A DNA stretch of 64,000 nucleotides from an uncultured Candidatus Saccharibacteria bacterium (GTDB lineage Bacteria; Patescibacteriota; Minisyncoccia; Minisyncoccales; Staskawiczbacteraceae). Position numbers and translations under genes: made by a program. The DNA lies in the NCBI GenBank assembly GCA_964424305.1, contig CAYRHW010000002.1, positions 2,115-66,114 of the forward strand, written 5' to 3'. Shown in pieces: positions 41,278-51,435 of the stretch; the first letter of the stretch is position 1; each line of letters begins with the position of its first letter. The notes beneath the pieces are model-generated. The model had not been told where the DNA came from. It worked only from the letters and a program-made list of their open reading frames with translations, and made no database searches.

Positions 41278-41673
41278 ATGAGGAAAATTGTTTCTCGCAT
41301 CATAGCTGGCATTTTGGGCCTAGGAATAGCCGTCTGGTTTATTCCCGGAATTGTCCTAAAAGTATCCCCGGATTCTAACTTTTTTGGTGTCCCCTTAACT
41401 ACGGAGTGGCATGTTATAGTGCTTTTGGGCATTGTTATTGGGATAATCAACTCCTTTGTAAAACCGCTATTAGATATTATAACCCTTCCGCTAAGAATAA
41501 TCACATTGGGAATCTTCGGCTTCATAGTCAACATCGCCTTGATCTGGGCCGTTGACTTAATCTTTCCAGAGATAACCATTGGCTGGTTCTTCCCACTCCT
41601 CTGGACAACGTTAATTATTTGGGGGTTGAATATTATACTCCCCGCATTATTTACAAAAAAAGAAAAAATTTAA
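41278..41673 (+). CDS. DUF360 / phage-holin-family-4-like membrane protein
   Basis: There are four TM segments. The pattern GIVIGIINSFVKPLLDIITLPLRIITLGIFGFIVNIALIWAV is typical of the YvlD/DUF360 family. Confidence 0.65.
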   Translation: MRKIVSRIIAGILGLGIAVWFIPGIVLKVSPDSNFFGVPLTTEWHVIVLLGIVIGIINSFVKPLLDIITLPLRIITLGIFGFIVNIALIWAVDLIFPEITIGWFFPLLWTTLIIWGLNIILPALFTKKEKI

Positions 41674-41677
41674 ACAC

Positions 41678-41899
41678 ATGCAACAATATCTATTAATCGC
41701 TCAAATAGTAGTCTCCATATTACTAGTAGTCTGTATTTCCCTGCAGCAAAGGGGAACTGCCCTAGGATCTGCCTTTGGTGGCTCCGGCGGAGGAGAATCC
41801 TACTCCAGCCGAAGGGGCATACAAAAAAACATATTCTACGCTACTATTGTTTTAACTGCTATCTTTGCAATTTTAGGCATCGTCAATCTCTTAATTTAA
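41678..41899 (+). CDS. secG: preprotein translocase subunit SecG
   Basis: The 73-aa ORF has two TM helices flanking the Gly-rich loop LQQRGTALGSAFGGSGGGESY. Confidence 0.7.
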   Translation: MQQYLLIAQIVVSILLVVCISLQQRGTALGSAFGGSGGGESYSSRRGIQKNIFYATIVLTAIFAILGIVNLLI

Positions 41900-41902
41900 T
41901 TA

Positions 41903-43879
41903 ATGAAAAGCATACAATTTCCTAAGTTTTCTCAGTGGAAAAAAATTCCAAAGATACTCCATAAGAAAGAAAAGATAACTTTTCTGGTTTTTTTAGGATT
42001 AGCTTTGGCTTCTTTAATTTTTCTCACCACTTCTCTCTACCTCAAAAACACCAAGGTGGTAGCAGCTTCTGGCGGAAGCTATACAGAGGGGGTAATTGGC
42101 CAGCCAAGATTCATTAATCCCATCTATGGGGAAACCAACGATGTTGATAGGGATTTAATTGAGCTTGTTTTCTCTGGCTTAATGTCCTACGACGACAATG
42201 GAAACATAGTTAACGACCTAGTGGATAGTTACAAGGTTTCGGAAGACGGGAAAACCTATGAATTTAAGCTAAAAGACAAGATACTTTGGCAAGATGGCCA
42301 ACCACTTACTTCGGAGGATGTTGTCTTCACCATAAGAACAATCCAAAATTCTGATTACAAAAGCCCGCTAAGAGCTAACTGGCTAGATGTTGATACGGAG
42401 ATTATCTCAGAAAACTCATTCCGTCTTAAACTTAAGAGCCCATATAATGCATTCTTAGAAAATTGTACCCTGAAAATAATCCCAAAGCATATTTGGGAGA
42501 ATATTCTTCCAGAAAATTTCGCTTTATCTTTTTACAACCTACAACCAGTGGGCTCGGGTCCGTATAAGTTTAAAAGCCTAAAACAAGCGGACACGGGATT
42601 TATTAGTTCAATATCTCTCAAGGCGAACACAAATTACTATAAAAGTCGCCCATATATCTCCAATATTGACTTCAAATTCTTTGAAAGAAAAGAAGACTTA
42701 ATCAAGGCGGCTAACAAAAAGGACATTGATGGCTATTCTTCTGTTTTCCTAACCGAAAGTCCGATCCAGAAATCATTCTCTGCTAAAGCATTTTCTACTC
42801 CGAGATATTTTGCCGTTTTCTTTAATACCCAACAATCGGAAATATTCAATAGTATTAAAGTAAGGCAGGCATTAAATTACGCTACAGATAAAAAAGCCCT
42901 CATTGATGAATTAGAGTCTGGATTGCAATCAAAATACGGAGTAAAAACCCTAAATCAGGCTGACTCACCAATTCTACCAGCATTCGAAGGATACAACGAG
43001 CCAACGACAATATATGGATTTGATGCGGAAAAGGCAGGGCAACTTCTGGACTCAGCTGGATTTAAAGCTGATGAGCAAGGCCAAAGAACAAAGAATATTG
43101 CGAAAACACCAGCCTTCCAATTTAAATCAACCCTTTCCACTGGCTCCAGTAACGGCGAGGTAACCGAGCTACAGAAATGCTTGGCAAAAGACCCTGAAAT
43201 ATATCAGGGAGATGCAACAGGATATTTTGGCAAGGCAACAAAGGAAGCTGTCACTAAATTCCAAGCAAAGTATCTTCCAGATTTAGCAACTAAAGATATC
43301 GGCATAGTGGGAAAATCAACCAGAGCAAAATTAAACGAGCTTTGCACTCCCCCCGCCCAAAATACCCTACCATTAGCCTTTGACATCGTGACCATAAACC
43401 AACCGTTGATAGTCCAAGCTGCAAATATATTAAAGGCTCAATGGGAGAAGATGGGGATACAGGTCACCGTTAAGACGCTTAGTATCCAAGATTTAAAAAT
43501 AGTTATAAAAAACAGAGATTATGACTGTTTGCTTTACGGAGAAGCCCTTGGAACCCTAATAGATCCCTATCCTTTTTGGCACTCTAGCCAAAAGATAGAT
43601 CCGGGATTAAACCTATCGGGATATGATAGCCAAGATGCCGATAAGTTGCTAAAAGATGCTCGGGAAAGCTTGGACGATGCAGAAAAACAACAGAAATATG
43701 AGGAATTCCAGAATATCCTAATTGCGGACGCCCCAGCAATATTCCTATACAACTCGAGCTATGTATATATAATATCTAATAAAATACAGGGAATTGACGT
43801 ACAAAAAATAGTTGATCCTGCGAAAAGGTTTGCCACCGTAGAAGAATGGCACGTTAAAACTAAAAGAGTATTTAAATAA
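41903..43879 (+). CDS. family-5 extracellular solute-binding protein (OppA/DppA-like) with an inserted peptidoglycan-binding (PG_binding_1) domain and an N-terminal TM anchor
   Basis: SBP_bac_5 features are present (ASGGSYTEGVIGQPRFINP..., C-terminal FWHSSQ...LSGYDSQDADKLL). The insert EVTELQKCLAKDPEIYQGDATGYFGKATKEAVTKFQAKY matches the PG-binding helical repeat. No permease or ATPase genes lie nearby. Confidence 0.65.
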   Translation: MKSIQFPKFSQWKKIPKILHKKEKITFLVFLGLALASLIFLTTSLYLKNTKVVAASGGSYTEGVIGQPRFINPIYGETNDVDRDLIELVFSGLMSYDDNGNIVNDLVDSYKVSEDGKTYEFKLKDKILWQDGQPLTSEDVVFTIRTIQNSDYKSPLRANWLDVDTEIISENSFRLKLKSPYNAFLENCTLKIIPKHIWENILPENFALSFYNLQPVGSGPYKFKSLKQADTGFISSISLKANTNYYKSRPYISNIDFKFFERKEDLIKAANKKDIDGYSSVFLTESPIQKSFSAKAFSTPRYFAVFFNTQQSEIFNSIKVRQALNYATDKKALIDELESGLQSKYGVKTLNQADSPILPAFEGYNEPTTIYGFDAEKAGQLLDSAGFKADEQGQRTKNIAKTPAFQFKSTLSTGSSNGEVTELQKCLAKDPEIYQGDATGYFGKATKEAVTKFQAKYLPDLATKDIGIVGKSTRAKLNELCTPPAQNTLPLAFDIVTINQPLIVQAANILKAQWEKMGIQVTVKTLSIQDLKIVIKNRDYDCLLYGEALGTLIDPYPFWHSSQKIDPGLNLSGYDSQDADKLLKDARESLDDAEKQQKYEEFQNILIADAPAIFLYNSSYVYIISNKIQGIDVQKIVDPAKRFATVEEWHVKTKRVFK

Positions 43880-43881
43880 TT

Positions 43882-44466
43882 ATGGAATTCAATCTAGAAA
43901 ACATAAAACCAGACGTTAGACACCTCAACGACATGAGAGAGGTTTTATACGATCAAGAATGGGCAAAATCTGCTCCAGACACAGACCTCTACTATATGTA
44001 TAGGAAGCTAAAAGAAGAAAATGACCTATTCCACAACATTACTATCACCCTGGCAAAATTCCTGGGAAAAGAATTCAATAAAACCAAAGGGCATATCCAT
44101 ATTGGTAATTACGGGGAAACCTATACAGTGATATCTGGCCAGGCCATCTTCTTTATGCAGAAAACGAACGAAGCGATTGTTGAAGATGTCTACGCCGTTA
44201 AAGCAAGCGCCGGGGAATCAGTCATAATCCCCCCTCACTATGGGCACGTTACCATCAATCCTTCTGATGTAGACCTAAAAACTGGAGACTGGAGCTCCAA
44301 AAATTCTAAAAGCGACTACTCTTTATTCGAAAAACTACAGGGTGCCTGCTATTACTATACAAAAGAAGGTTGGATCAAAAACGAGAACTACAAAAATGTT
44401 CCTCCCCTGCGTTTTGAAGAACCTCTAAAATCTTTACCCGAGGATCTAAGTTTTCTCAAGGGTTAA
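43882..44466 (+). CDS. cupin-type glucose-6-phosphate isomerase (archaeal-type PGI)
   Basis: Length is about 190 aa. The metal-binding motifs are TKGHIHIGNYGETYTVISGQAIFFMQ and IIPPHYGHVTINPSD. Confidence 0.6.
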   Translation: MEFNLENIKPDVRHLNDMREVLYDQEWAKSAPDTDLYYMYRKLKEENDLFHNITITLAKFLGKEFNKTKGHIHIGNYGETYTVISGQAIFFMQKTNEAIVEDVYAVKASAGESVIIPPHYGHVTINPSDVDLKTGDWSSKNSKSDYSLFEKLQGACYYYTKEGWIKNENYKNVPPLRFEEPLKSLPEDLSFLKG

Positions 44467-44479
44467 AAGTAAATACTTT

Positions 44480-44561
44480 GTCGAGGTGGTGAAATTGGCA
44501 AACACGTACGCTTCAGAAGCGTATGCCGCAAGGCTTGAGGGTTCAAATCCCTCCCTCGGCA
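44480..44561 (+). tRNA. tRNA-Leu(CAG)
   Basis: The sequence reads GUCGAGG-UG-GUG-AAAUUGGCAAA-CAC..anticodon stem UACGC-UUCAGAA-GCGUA, with a long variable arm and the T arm GAGGG-UUCAAAU-CCCUC. The acceptor 3' strand is CCUCGGC plus A. The acceptor stem is 7 bp with one G.U pair. Confidence 0.85.
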
Positions 44562-44610
44562 CTTAGAAGTCTCTCTTAGTAAATAATTAACAAGTAAGTA
44601 ATAATTTAGT

Positions 44611-46296
44611 ATGTACAAAACAAGAACTCAAAATAATTTAAGAATCATCCCTCTTGGAGGATGCGAAGAAGTCGGTAGAAACATGACTGTCTTTGAATAT
44701 GGGCAGGATATAATAATAATGGACATGGGTATTCAATTCCCGGAGGAAGACATGCCTGGAGTTGACTACATCATCCCCAATGTCAGCTACCTAAAGGGTA
44801 GAGAGAAGGATATTAAGGGCGTTGTCTTCTCCCATGGCCATCTAGACCATATCGGAGCAGCCCATATACTCTTAGATAAATTAGGCAACCCTCCCATTAT
44901 TGGAAGGCCCCTAACCATAGAGATAATAAAGAGGAGACAAGAAGAGGCCCACAGAGGAAGTTCGAAAAAACTGAAGATCATATATATAAAAGATATTAAT
45001 GACCGAATAAATCTCGGAGCTTTTCAGGTAAGCTTTTTCCAAGTAGATCACGCTATTATGGATTCTGTAGGAACGATTATCCAAACTCCGCCGGCAACAA
45101 TAATCCATCCTGGCGATTGGACCATAGAAAGAAAGCCCGTAGGAAGAAAAGAGATAAGATATGACTACTTATCAAAACTGAGAAGACCCACTATCCTGAT
45201 GCTTGAAAGCTTAGGGGCAGTTAATAGAGAACTACCCATCACCGAAGAGGAGATGTTAAAAAACCTACATGGGTTAATTCTTGGAGCTCAGGGAAGAATA
45301 ATAATTGCTACCTTTTCTTCCCAACTACAAAGGATAAAACAGATCATTGAATATGCCTCCCAAGTAAACAAGAAAGTTGTACTTGATGGCTATTCGATGA
45401 AACTAAATGTTGAGATCGCCAAAGAGCTCGGCTACATCAACCCGATGAAAGACGCCATAATCCCAATCGAAAGAATGCATGATTACCCAGAGAACAAGAT
45501 AGTAGTAATCTGCACTGGGGGCCAGGGAGAGGAAATGGCTGTTTTGCCTAGAATCGTTACGGGTAACCATCGATTTATTAAAATCAAAAAAACTGATACC
45601 ATTGTTTTCTCTTCCTCTATAATCCCCGGCAACGAGAGATCTATCCAGCGTCTAAAAGATAGCCTCTACCGCCTGTCGGATAATGTATATCATGGAGATA
45701 TAATGGATGTTCATATCTCCGGCCATAGCAATATCTTTGATATTGAAAGAATAATCAAAGATATTAAGCCAGACTACTTTGTTCCTGTTTATGCTAACCA
45801 CTTCATGCTAAAAGAAGCGGCAATGATTGCCTACAAAGCTGGCGTTCCCAAGGATAAAATCTTTATCCCAGACAATGGTTCTATTATAGACGTTTCTAAC
45901 AACGGCTTGAAAATGCTAAAGGAAAAAGTCCCAACTAGCTATGTCTTCGTTGATGGCTTAGGAGTCGGAGATGTTGGCGAAGTTGTCCTAAGAGATAGAC
46001 AAGCGTTGGCAAATGATGGAATGTTTGTTATTGTAGCAATTGTAGATAGGCAAACGGGCAGGGTGAAGGGCTCTCCAGATATCATCTCCAGGGGATTCGT
46101 TTATCTAAGAGAATCAAAGGACTTATTGGCCCAAACAAGGAGAAAGGTGATAGATATTGTTGATAAGGCAGCTGGCACGGGGGGGGCAATCAACTGGGTC
46201 TACATTAAGGATGAGATCAGGAATAAAGTTGGAGAATTCTTGCACACCAAAACAGAACGTCGCCCAATGGTTTTACCAGTAGTAATTGAGGTATAA
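44611..46296 (+). CDS. rnj: ribonuclease J
   Basis: The metallo-beta-lactamase motif HGHLDHIGA is present, along with beta-CASP and a C-terminal domain. Length is 561 aa. Confidence 0.9.
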   Translation: MYKTRTQNNLRIIPLGGCEEVGRNMTVFEYGQDIIIMDMGIQFPEEDMPGVDYIIPNVSYLKGREKDIKGVVFSHGHLDHIGAAHILLDKLGNPPIIGRPLTIEIIKRRQEEAHRGSSKKLKIIYIKDINDRINLGAFQVSFFQVDHAIMDSVGTIIQTPPATIIHPGDWTIERKPVGRKEIRYDYLSKLRRPTILMLESLGAVNRELPITEEEMLKNLHGLILGAQGRIIIATFSSQLQRIKQIIEYASQVNKKVVLDGYSMKLNVEIAKELGYINPMKDAIIPIERMHDYPENKIVVICTGGQGEEMAVLPRIVTGNHRFIKIKKTDTIVFSSSIIPGNERSIQRLKDSLYRLSDNVYHGDIMDVHISGHSNIFDIERIIKDIKPDYFVPVYANHFMLKEAAMIAYKAGVPKDKIFIPDNGSIIDVSNNGLKMLKEKVPTSYVFVDGLGVGDVGEVVLRDRQALANDGMFVIVAIVDRQTGRVKGSPDIISRGFVYLRESKDLLAQTRRKVIDIVDKAAGTGGAINWVYIKDEIRNKVGEFLHTKTERRPMVLPVVIEV

Positions 46297-46305
46297 TAAA
46301 AAAAT

Positions 46306-47283
46306 ATGAGAATATTATCAGGGATTCAGCCAAGTGGCGATATCCATATCGGAAATTATTTAGGAGCCCTAAAACAATGGATTTCTCTCCAAAAAGAGAA
46401 CGAGTGCATTTATTTTGTTGCAGATTTGCACTCTCTAACAGTCCCCTATGATCCGAAGACCCTACAAAAATCGATAACAGAAAAAGTTATCGCATATATT
46501 GCTGCCGGCCTAGACCCAGAAAAGAGCACCATCTTTATTCAGTCTCAAATTAAAGAACACTCTGAACTTGCTTGGATATTAAATACCGTCTGCCCTATCG
46601 GTGAGTTAGAGAGAATGACTCAGTACAAGGAAAAATCTAAAAAGTATAAAGACAATATCAATGCTGGGCTTTTAGATTATCCTGTTTTAATGGCAGCTGA
46701 TATTCTACTCTATAAGACAATCGCGGTGCCAGTTGGGAAAGACCAAACCCAACACGTTGAATTGGCCAGAACGCTTGCTAGAAAATTTAATCAAAAATTT
46801 GGAAAAACCTTTATAGAACCCAAAGATATTTTGCCAAAACTTGGGGCTAAGATTATGAGTTTAACCAACCCCGAGAAAAAAATGTCTAAAACCGACGAGC
46901 CCCAAAGCTACATCTCCCTATTTGAGGAACCAGAATCAATCCAGAAAAAGATAATGTCAGCGACCACTGATTCGGGGAAACAGATAAAATATGACCCAAT
47001 AAAAAAACCGGGCGTATCCAATCTTTTAACCATATATAGCCTACTAGAAAACAAACCCATAAAGGATATAGAAAAAATGTTTGTTAAGAAGGGCTATTCT
47101 GAATTCAAAAAATCCCTGGCAACGACAATGATAAACTTTCTGGAGCCTTTCAGAAAAAAACACAAGGAGTTGCTTACCAGAGATGTTTACATCAAAGAGA
47201 TACTAAGCCGAGGGAAGGATAGAGCCCAAAGAATCGCTCAGGCGACAATGCAGGAAGTCAAAGAGAAAATGGGATTGATCTAA
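46306..47283 (+). CDS. trpS: tryptophanyl-tRNA synthetase
   Basis: The class I HIGH motif (GDIHIGNYLGA) and the KMSKT (KMSKS-type) motif are present. Length is 325 aa. Confidence 0.9.
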   Translation: MRILSGIQPSGDIHIGNYLGALKQWISLQKENECIYFVADLHSLTVPYDPKTLQKSITEKVIAYIAAGLDPEKSTIFIQSQIKEHSELAWILNTVCPIGELERMTQYKEKSKKYKDNINAGLLDYPVLMAADILLYKTIAVPVGKDQTQHVELARTLARKFNQKFGKTFIEPKDILPKLGAKIMSLTNPEKKMSKTDEPQSYISLFEEPESIQKKIMSATTDSGKQIKYDPIKKPGVSNLLTIYSLLENKPIKDIEKMFVKKGYSEFKKSLATTMINFLEPFRKKHKELLTRDVYIKEILSRGKDRAQRIAQATMQEVKEKMGLI

Positions 47284-47304
47284 ATATCGGATACTAAGAT
47301 TAGA

Positions 47305-47330
47305 AAAAACAGCCCCTTGGGCTGTTTTTA
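47305..47330. terminator. bidirectional rho-independent terminator (CAGCCC-cuu-GGGCUG) between convergent trpS and pgm
   Basis: The hairpin is flanked by an A6 run and a T5 run and overlaps the pgm stop codon. Confidence 0.6.
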
Positions 47331-48680
47331 ATTTTCTACCTTTGAAAGTCTTCCAACTAATCCCCTTAACTCGCTCTTTTTCTCCTCCAATAACTTCTTC
47401 GTATCCGCTTCGATGGTTAAACGCAGAAATGGCTCTGTGTTAGACGGTCTTAGATTAAACCACCAATCAATATATTCCACGGTAACTCCATCTAAGTATT
47501 CTTGCCTACCGCTAGAATACTCTTTTTTAACTTCATCAATTATCTGATCTTTATTCTCCACCAAAAAATTAATCTCTGATGATTTTTCATATAGACATAA
47601 CTCTGCCATTAACTCGGAGACCTTCTTCCCAGAATCAGAAATGACCCTTAGGGCAATTAGGAGGGCCATTAATCCCGAATCCCCATAATAATTACCCTTA
47701 AAGCAATAATGACCAGACAATTCTCCCCCCATTACTCCATCATTCTTTATTACTCCCTCCCTTACATTAACAAAACCTACTTGAGTTTTTATTGGGTTTC
47801 CCCCCCATTTTTTAATAAACTCCGGCACCGACTTAGAACAAATTGTGTTATAGGCGACACCCGCACCAGGAGTAACCCCCAAAAGATACTTCGCCAAAAG
47901 CAAAAGCGTGCAATCTGCTGGTACCAACTCCCCCCTTTCGTTTAATAAGAATATCCTATCTGCATCTCCGTCAAAGATGAAACCAAAGTCAGCCTTTTCT
48001 TTATTAATTAAATCCCTCACTTGATTTATTGATCCCTCTTCAAGGGGATTCGATGGGTGATTAGGAAAATTTCCGTCAATACCAAAATTTAATTGGACCA
48101 TCTGGACCGATGGCAGATCCACCAAAGGAATAATTCTTGCTGCCATCCCATTGCCAGCATCAAATACAATTTTAAGTGGCCCTATGCCCCCCAAGCCGAC
48201 AAGAGAAGAAATATGTTTAATGTAATCTTCTCTAATGTCTTTTTCCTCAATTACTCCCAATTTACTACCCTTAATAGTATTATCCTGGTTACTAACAATC
48301 TCATATAAATCCCTCCCCCTAATCATCGAAAACCCTCCCTCGGCTTTCTTAATTAGTTTGAACCCATTATACTCTTTGGGGTTATGACTAGCGGTTATCA
48401 TAACGCCGGCATCGTAGCCATACTTTCCAACAGCAAAATACAAAATCTCCGTTGGGATTTGACCCAAATCAACTACGTCGCAACCAGCATCAATGATGCC
48501 ATGGCATAAAGCGTTAAACAGGTCGGGGGAAGAAATTCGCATATCTTGACCGACTACTATTTTCTTGGCCTCGGTATATTTAACAAGGGCTTTGCCAATG
48601 GAAAAAGCCGCATCTTCGTCTAAATCTTGAAGATAAATTCCGCGGATGTCATAGGACCTGAATATAGAAGAGGAAATCAT
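47328..48680 (-). CDS. phosphoglucomutase/phosphomannomutase family protein
   Basis: The active-site phosphoserine motif TASHNPKEYNGFK is present, along with the metal-binding FDGDADR. Length is 450 aa. Confidence 0.85.
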   Translation of the reverse strand: MISSSIFRSYDIRGIYLQDLDEDAAFSIGKALVKYTEAKKIVVGQDMRISSPDLFNALCHGIIDAGCDVVDLGQIPTEILYFAVGKYGYDAGVMITASHNPKEYNGFKLIKKAEGGFSMIRGRDLYEIVSNQDNTIKGSKLGVIEEKDIREDYIKHISSLVGLGGIGPLKIVFDAGNGMAARIIPLVDLPSVQMVQLNFGIDGNFPNHPSNPLEEGSINQVRDLINKEKADFGFIFDGDADRIFLLNERGELVPADCTLLLLAKYLLGVTPGAGVAYNTICSKSVPEFIKKWGGNPIKTQVGFVNVREGVIKNDGVMGGELSGHYCFKGNYYGDSGLMALLIALRVISDSGKKVSELMAELCLYEKSSEINFLVENKDQIIDEVKKEYSSGRQEYLDGVTVEYIDWWFNLRPSNTEPFLRLTIEADTKKLLEEKKSELRGLVGRLSKVEN

Positions 48681-48766
48681 ATAGGATTATTATATCACAG
48701 AAAATTGAAACAAAAGCAAATATAACCCTGATTTAGAGGGGCCCCTAGGTGGCTTCATACAATGGC

Positions 48767-48795
48767 TTGATTATTTTATTAACGCCTGCTATAAT
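48767..48795 (+). promoter_or_regulatory. sigma-70-type promoter of the rpsF-ssb-rpsR operon (-35 TTGATT, 17 bp, -10 TATAAT)
   Basis: A consensus -10 and a near-consensus -35 lie about 26 bp upstream of the rpsF ATG. Confidence 0.55.
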
Positions 48796-48821
48796 GGCCT
48801 TAACAGAAATCACCAAACATT

Positions 48822-49259
48822 ATGAAAAATTACGAATTAAGCTACCTTATTTCCCCAGAATCAAGCACGGAGGAAACAGAAGCATTAAACGCAGGCATTA
48901 CTTCAACCATCCAGAAAGAGGGAGGGTTAATATTGAAGTCAGAAATGCCAGTTTCAAAATTTCTAGGCTACACAATAAAAAAGCAGAGATCAGCTCTCTG
49001 GGTTAATATTGAATTTTCTGCCGAGCCAGAGAAAATAGCCGTAATCGATAGCTATATGAAAAAGGAGACGAAGATTTTGCGCTATCTCCTTGTTATTAAA
49101 AAACCGAAGAGACAAATCAAAGAAAGAAGGGAAAGAAAAGAGCAGACTCCTGCTCCCGAAATTACCAAAGAAGAAAGCGTTATTAAACCTGAAAAATTTG
49201 ATAAAAAAGTCGATCTCAAAGACATCGACGAAAAGCTAGACGAAATATTAAAAGACTAA
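48822..49259 (+). CDS. rpsF: 30S ribosomal protein S6 (bS6) with an extended charged C-terminus
   Basis: The N-terminus MKNYELSYLISP is present. The gene precedes ssb-rpsR in the conserved order. Confidence 0.85.
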   Translation: MKNYELSYLISPESSTEETEALNAGITSTIQKEGGLILKSEMPVSKFLGYTIKKQRSALWVNIEFSAEPEKIAVIDSYMKKETKILRYLLVIKKPKRQIKERRERKEQTPAPEITKEESVIKPEKFDKKVDLKDIDEKLDEILKD

Positions 49260-49267
49260 AACAAAGT

Positions 49268-49756
49268 ATGAATTTAAATAGAGCTTTCATATTAGGAAAC
49301 GTTACCCAGGTGCCAGAGGTAAAATCATTACCATCGGGTCAACCAGTTGTTTCATTCGGCATCGCAACCAATAGGTTCTACACCGATACCGCTGGAGCAA
49401 AAAAGCAAGATACAGAATTCCACAATATTGTTGCTTTCGGTAAGTTAGCCGACATATGTTCTCGCTATTTAAACAAAGGATCGTTAATATTAGTTGAAGG
49501 AAGATTAAAGACAAGAAATTGGCAGAATTCATCTGGAGTTAAGCAATACAAAACCGAAATCATTGCCAATAGCATCCAACTTGGCCCCAAGCCATCGGGG
49601 ATAGGAGGATCATATCCGAAACAAGGCCAAGCAAAAGATATTCAAGAAGAAACCAAGAACGAAGAAATTCCAATCATTGAAGAGAACTATACTCCCCCAG
49701 CATCGAACATCCAAACAGACGAGAATGAGATCGACGTGAAAGACATTCCGTTTTAA
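49268..49756 (+). CDS. ssb: single-stranded DNA-binding protein
   Basis: An OB fold is present (NRAFILGNVTQ.PEVK...VSFGIATNR...QDTEFHNIVAFGKLA). The acidic C-terminal tail ends in DIPF. Confidence 0.9.
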   Translation: MNLNRAFILGNVTQVPEVKSLPSGQPVVSFGIATNRFYTDTAGAKKQDTEFHNIVAFGKLADICSRYLNKGSLILVEGRLKTRNWQNSSGVKQYKTEIIANSIQLGPKPSGIGGSYPKQGQAKDIQEETKNEEIPIIEENYTPPASNIQTDENEIDVKDIPF

Positions 49757-49794
49757 CTATTAACTACTAATTTCCAATTAATTATTATATAAAT

Positions 49795-49992
49795 ATGGCT
49801 TGCTATTTTTGTCAGAAAAACGTAGACGAAATTGACTTCAAGAACATCGATGTGCTTTCGAAGTTTGTTTCGGGTATGTATAAAATAAAAGGAAGAAGGA
49901 AAAGTGGTCTTTGCGCTCGCCACCAGAGGGGGATATCCCAGGCGATCAAAAGATCGAGACAATTAGGATTAATGCCCTATTTGCCAAAATAG
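49795..49992 (+). CDS. rpsR: 30S ribosomal protein S18 (bS18)
   Basis: The 65-aa ORF contains CYFC...IDFKN...LSKFVS...GKI..RR.SGLCARHQR.ISQAIKRSR.LGL.PY. Confidence 0.9.
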   Translation: MACYFCQKNVDEIDFKNIDVLSKFVSGMYKIKGRRKSGLCARHQRGISQAIKRSRQLGLMPYLPK

Positions 49993-50027
49993 ATATTACC
50001 CAACAGCAGGCAAGGATATTAGACAAC

Positions 50028-50056
50028 AAAAAACAACCCATGGGTTGTTTTTTGTT
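50028..50056 (+). terminator. rho-independent terminator (ACAACCCA-UGGGUUGU + U6) after rpsR
   Basis: A perfect 8-bp palindromic hairpin is followed by a T tract. Confidence 0.7.
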
Positions 50057-50062
50057 ATTGAT

Positions 50063-50398
50063 CTATTCTTTCAACCCCTTCTTCACTACATCTGTCTCGG
50101 GTTTCTCCAATAAGTCCCTTTCCTCTTTTGTAAGGGCTTCCCCTCTTTTTATTTTTTCTGTAATTTTTTCCAACTCGCCTACCCGCGCGCTATAAACAGC
50201 ACGCTCTTCTTCTATACTTAACCCCGGAAATTTTTCCGACAGAGATTCCCTGGCTTCTTCTAAGCCCCTCTTGTCCTGTCCTTCTTTTGCCTTTCCCTCT
50301 GCGATTATTCTAGAAACCCGTGACCAATCTTTTTTCTTCCCAGAGCCTTGTTCGGGAATGACAGGTGGTTCTTCTCCCCCCTTTGGTTTTTCTCCCAT
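50063..50398 (-). CDS. hypothetical highly charged protein downstream of recA (not RecX-like)
   Basis: The 111-aa ORF is low-complexity and K/E-rich. It was called only from ORF length and its position 22 bp downstream of recA. Confidence 0.4.
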   Translation of the reverse strand: MGEKPKGGEEPPVIPEQGSGKKKDWSRVSRIIAEGKAKEGQDKRGLEEARESLSEKFPGLSIEEERAVYSARVGELEKITEKIKRGEALTKEERDLLEKPETDVVKKGLKE

Positions 50399-50419
50399 AT
50401 TTTATAAATTAGATATTTT

Positions 50420-51430
50420 TTACTTCTCAACAATTACTTCTGGTTTCGCCAGCTCTGCTTTCAATTCTTTCATTAGGCCCGCGTCTTCTTTTATTGACCT
50501 CTTCGCAGTCTCTATTCCTACGCCAATCTTTCTATCGCCAAACTGGAATGTGTTGCCAACTTGTTTAATAATCCCCCGGGTCATACAAACCCTTAGGACA
50601 TCGGCTGATACTGATATCCCTTCGTTGTAGTATATATCAAACTCAGCGATTCTAAATGGAGCAGCCACCTTGTTTTTAACTACTTTTGCCTTCACCCTAT
50701 TCCCTATAATCTCATCCCCACTTTTTATCTGAGCTGTTCTTGTTAAATTAATTCTAACTGAGGCATAAAACTTTAAAGCCAAACCTCCCGGAGTAGTTTC
50801 TGGATTACCGAAAACCATACCAATTTTCATTCTTGTCTGATTTAGGAATATGACAATTGTGTTGGTCTTGGCGACAATACTGGCAAGCTTTCTACAGGCC
50901 TGGCTCATGAGCCTGGCCTGAAGACCCATGTGTTGATCCCCAATCTCTCCCTCTATCTCCACCCTTGGAGTTAGGGCAGCCACAGAATCTATTACAATCA
51001 CATCAATGTTTTCTGAACGAACTAAGGCCTCTACAATTTGCAGGGCCTGCTCTCCGGAATCTGGTTGAGATATTAAAAGCTCATCAACATTTACTCCTAT
51101 CTTCCTTGCATAGTCAGGATCCATGGCGTGCTCGGCGTCAACAAATGCTCCAACACCACCCTTCTTCTGCGCTTCAGCTAAAATATGCAAAGACAAAGTT
51201 GTTTTACCAGAACTCTCAGGGCCAAATATCTCTATTACCCTTCCTCTGGGAACTCCCCCAACCCCCAAGGCATAATCCATGGCAATGGACCCCGTTGGGA
51301 TGACATCTACATCAACTAAGCCGATGTCTTTTAACTTCATGATAGCCCCCTCTCCGAATCTTTCTTTTATCCCATCCATAGCTTCCTGGAGCCCTGTTCT
51401 AACTATTTTTTTCTCTATTTTTTTTGCCAT
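50420..51430 (-). CDS. recA: recombinase RecA
   Basis: The Walker A motif [10 protein letters not shown] is present, with IEIFGPE, L2-loop region motifs and AFVDAEHA. Length is 336 aa. Confidence 0.95.
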   Translation of the reverse strand: MAKKIEKKIVRTGLQEAMDGIKERFGEGAIMKLKDIGLVDVDVIPTGSIAMDYALGVGGVPRGRVIEIFGPESSGKTTLSLHILAEAQKKGGVGAFVDAEHAMDPDYARKIGVNVDELLISQPDSGEQALQIVEALVRSENIDVIVIDSVAALTPRVEIEGEIGDQHMGLQARLMSQACRKLASIVAKTNTIVIFLNQTRMKIGMVFGNPETTPGGLALKFYASVRINLTRTAQIKSGDEIIGNRVKAKVVKNKVAAPFRIAEFDIYYNEGISVSADVLRVCMTRGIIKQVGNTFQFGDRKIGVGIETAKRSIKEDAGLMKELKAELAKPEVIVEK

Positions 51431-51435
51431 ATTTT

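Noticed and set aside
50063-50398. RecX, from its position directly downstream of recA
   Set aside because: The sequence is a low-complexity Lys/Glu-rich protein with none of the repeated helical RecX modules.
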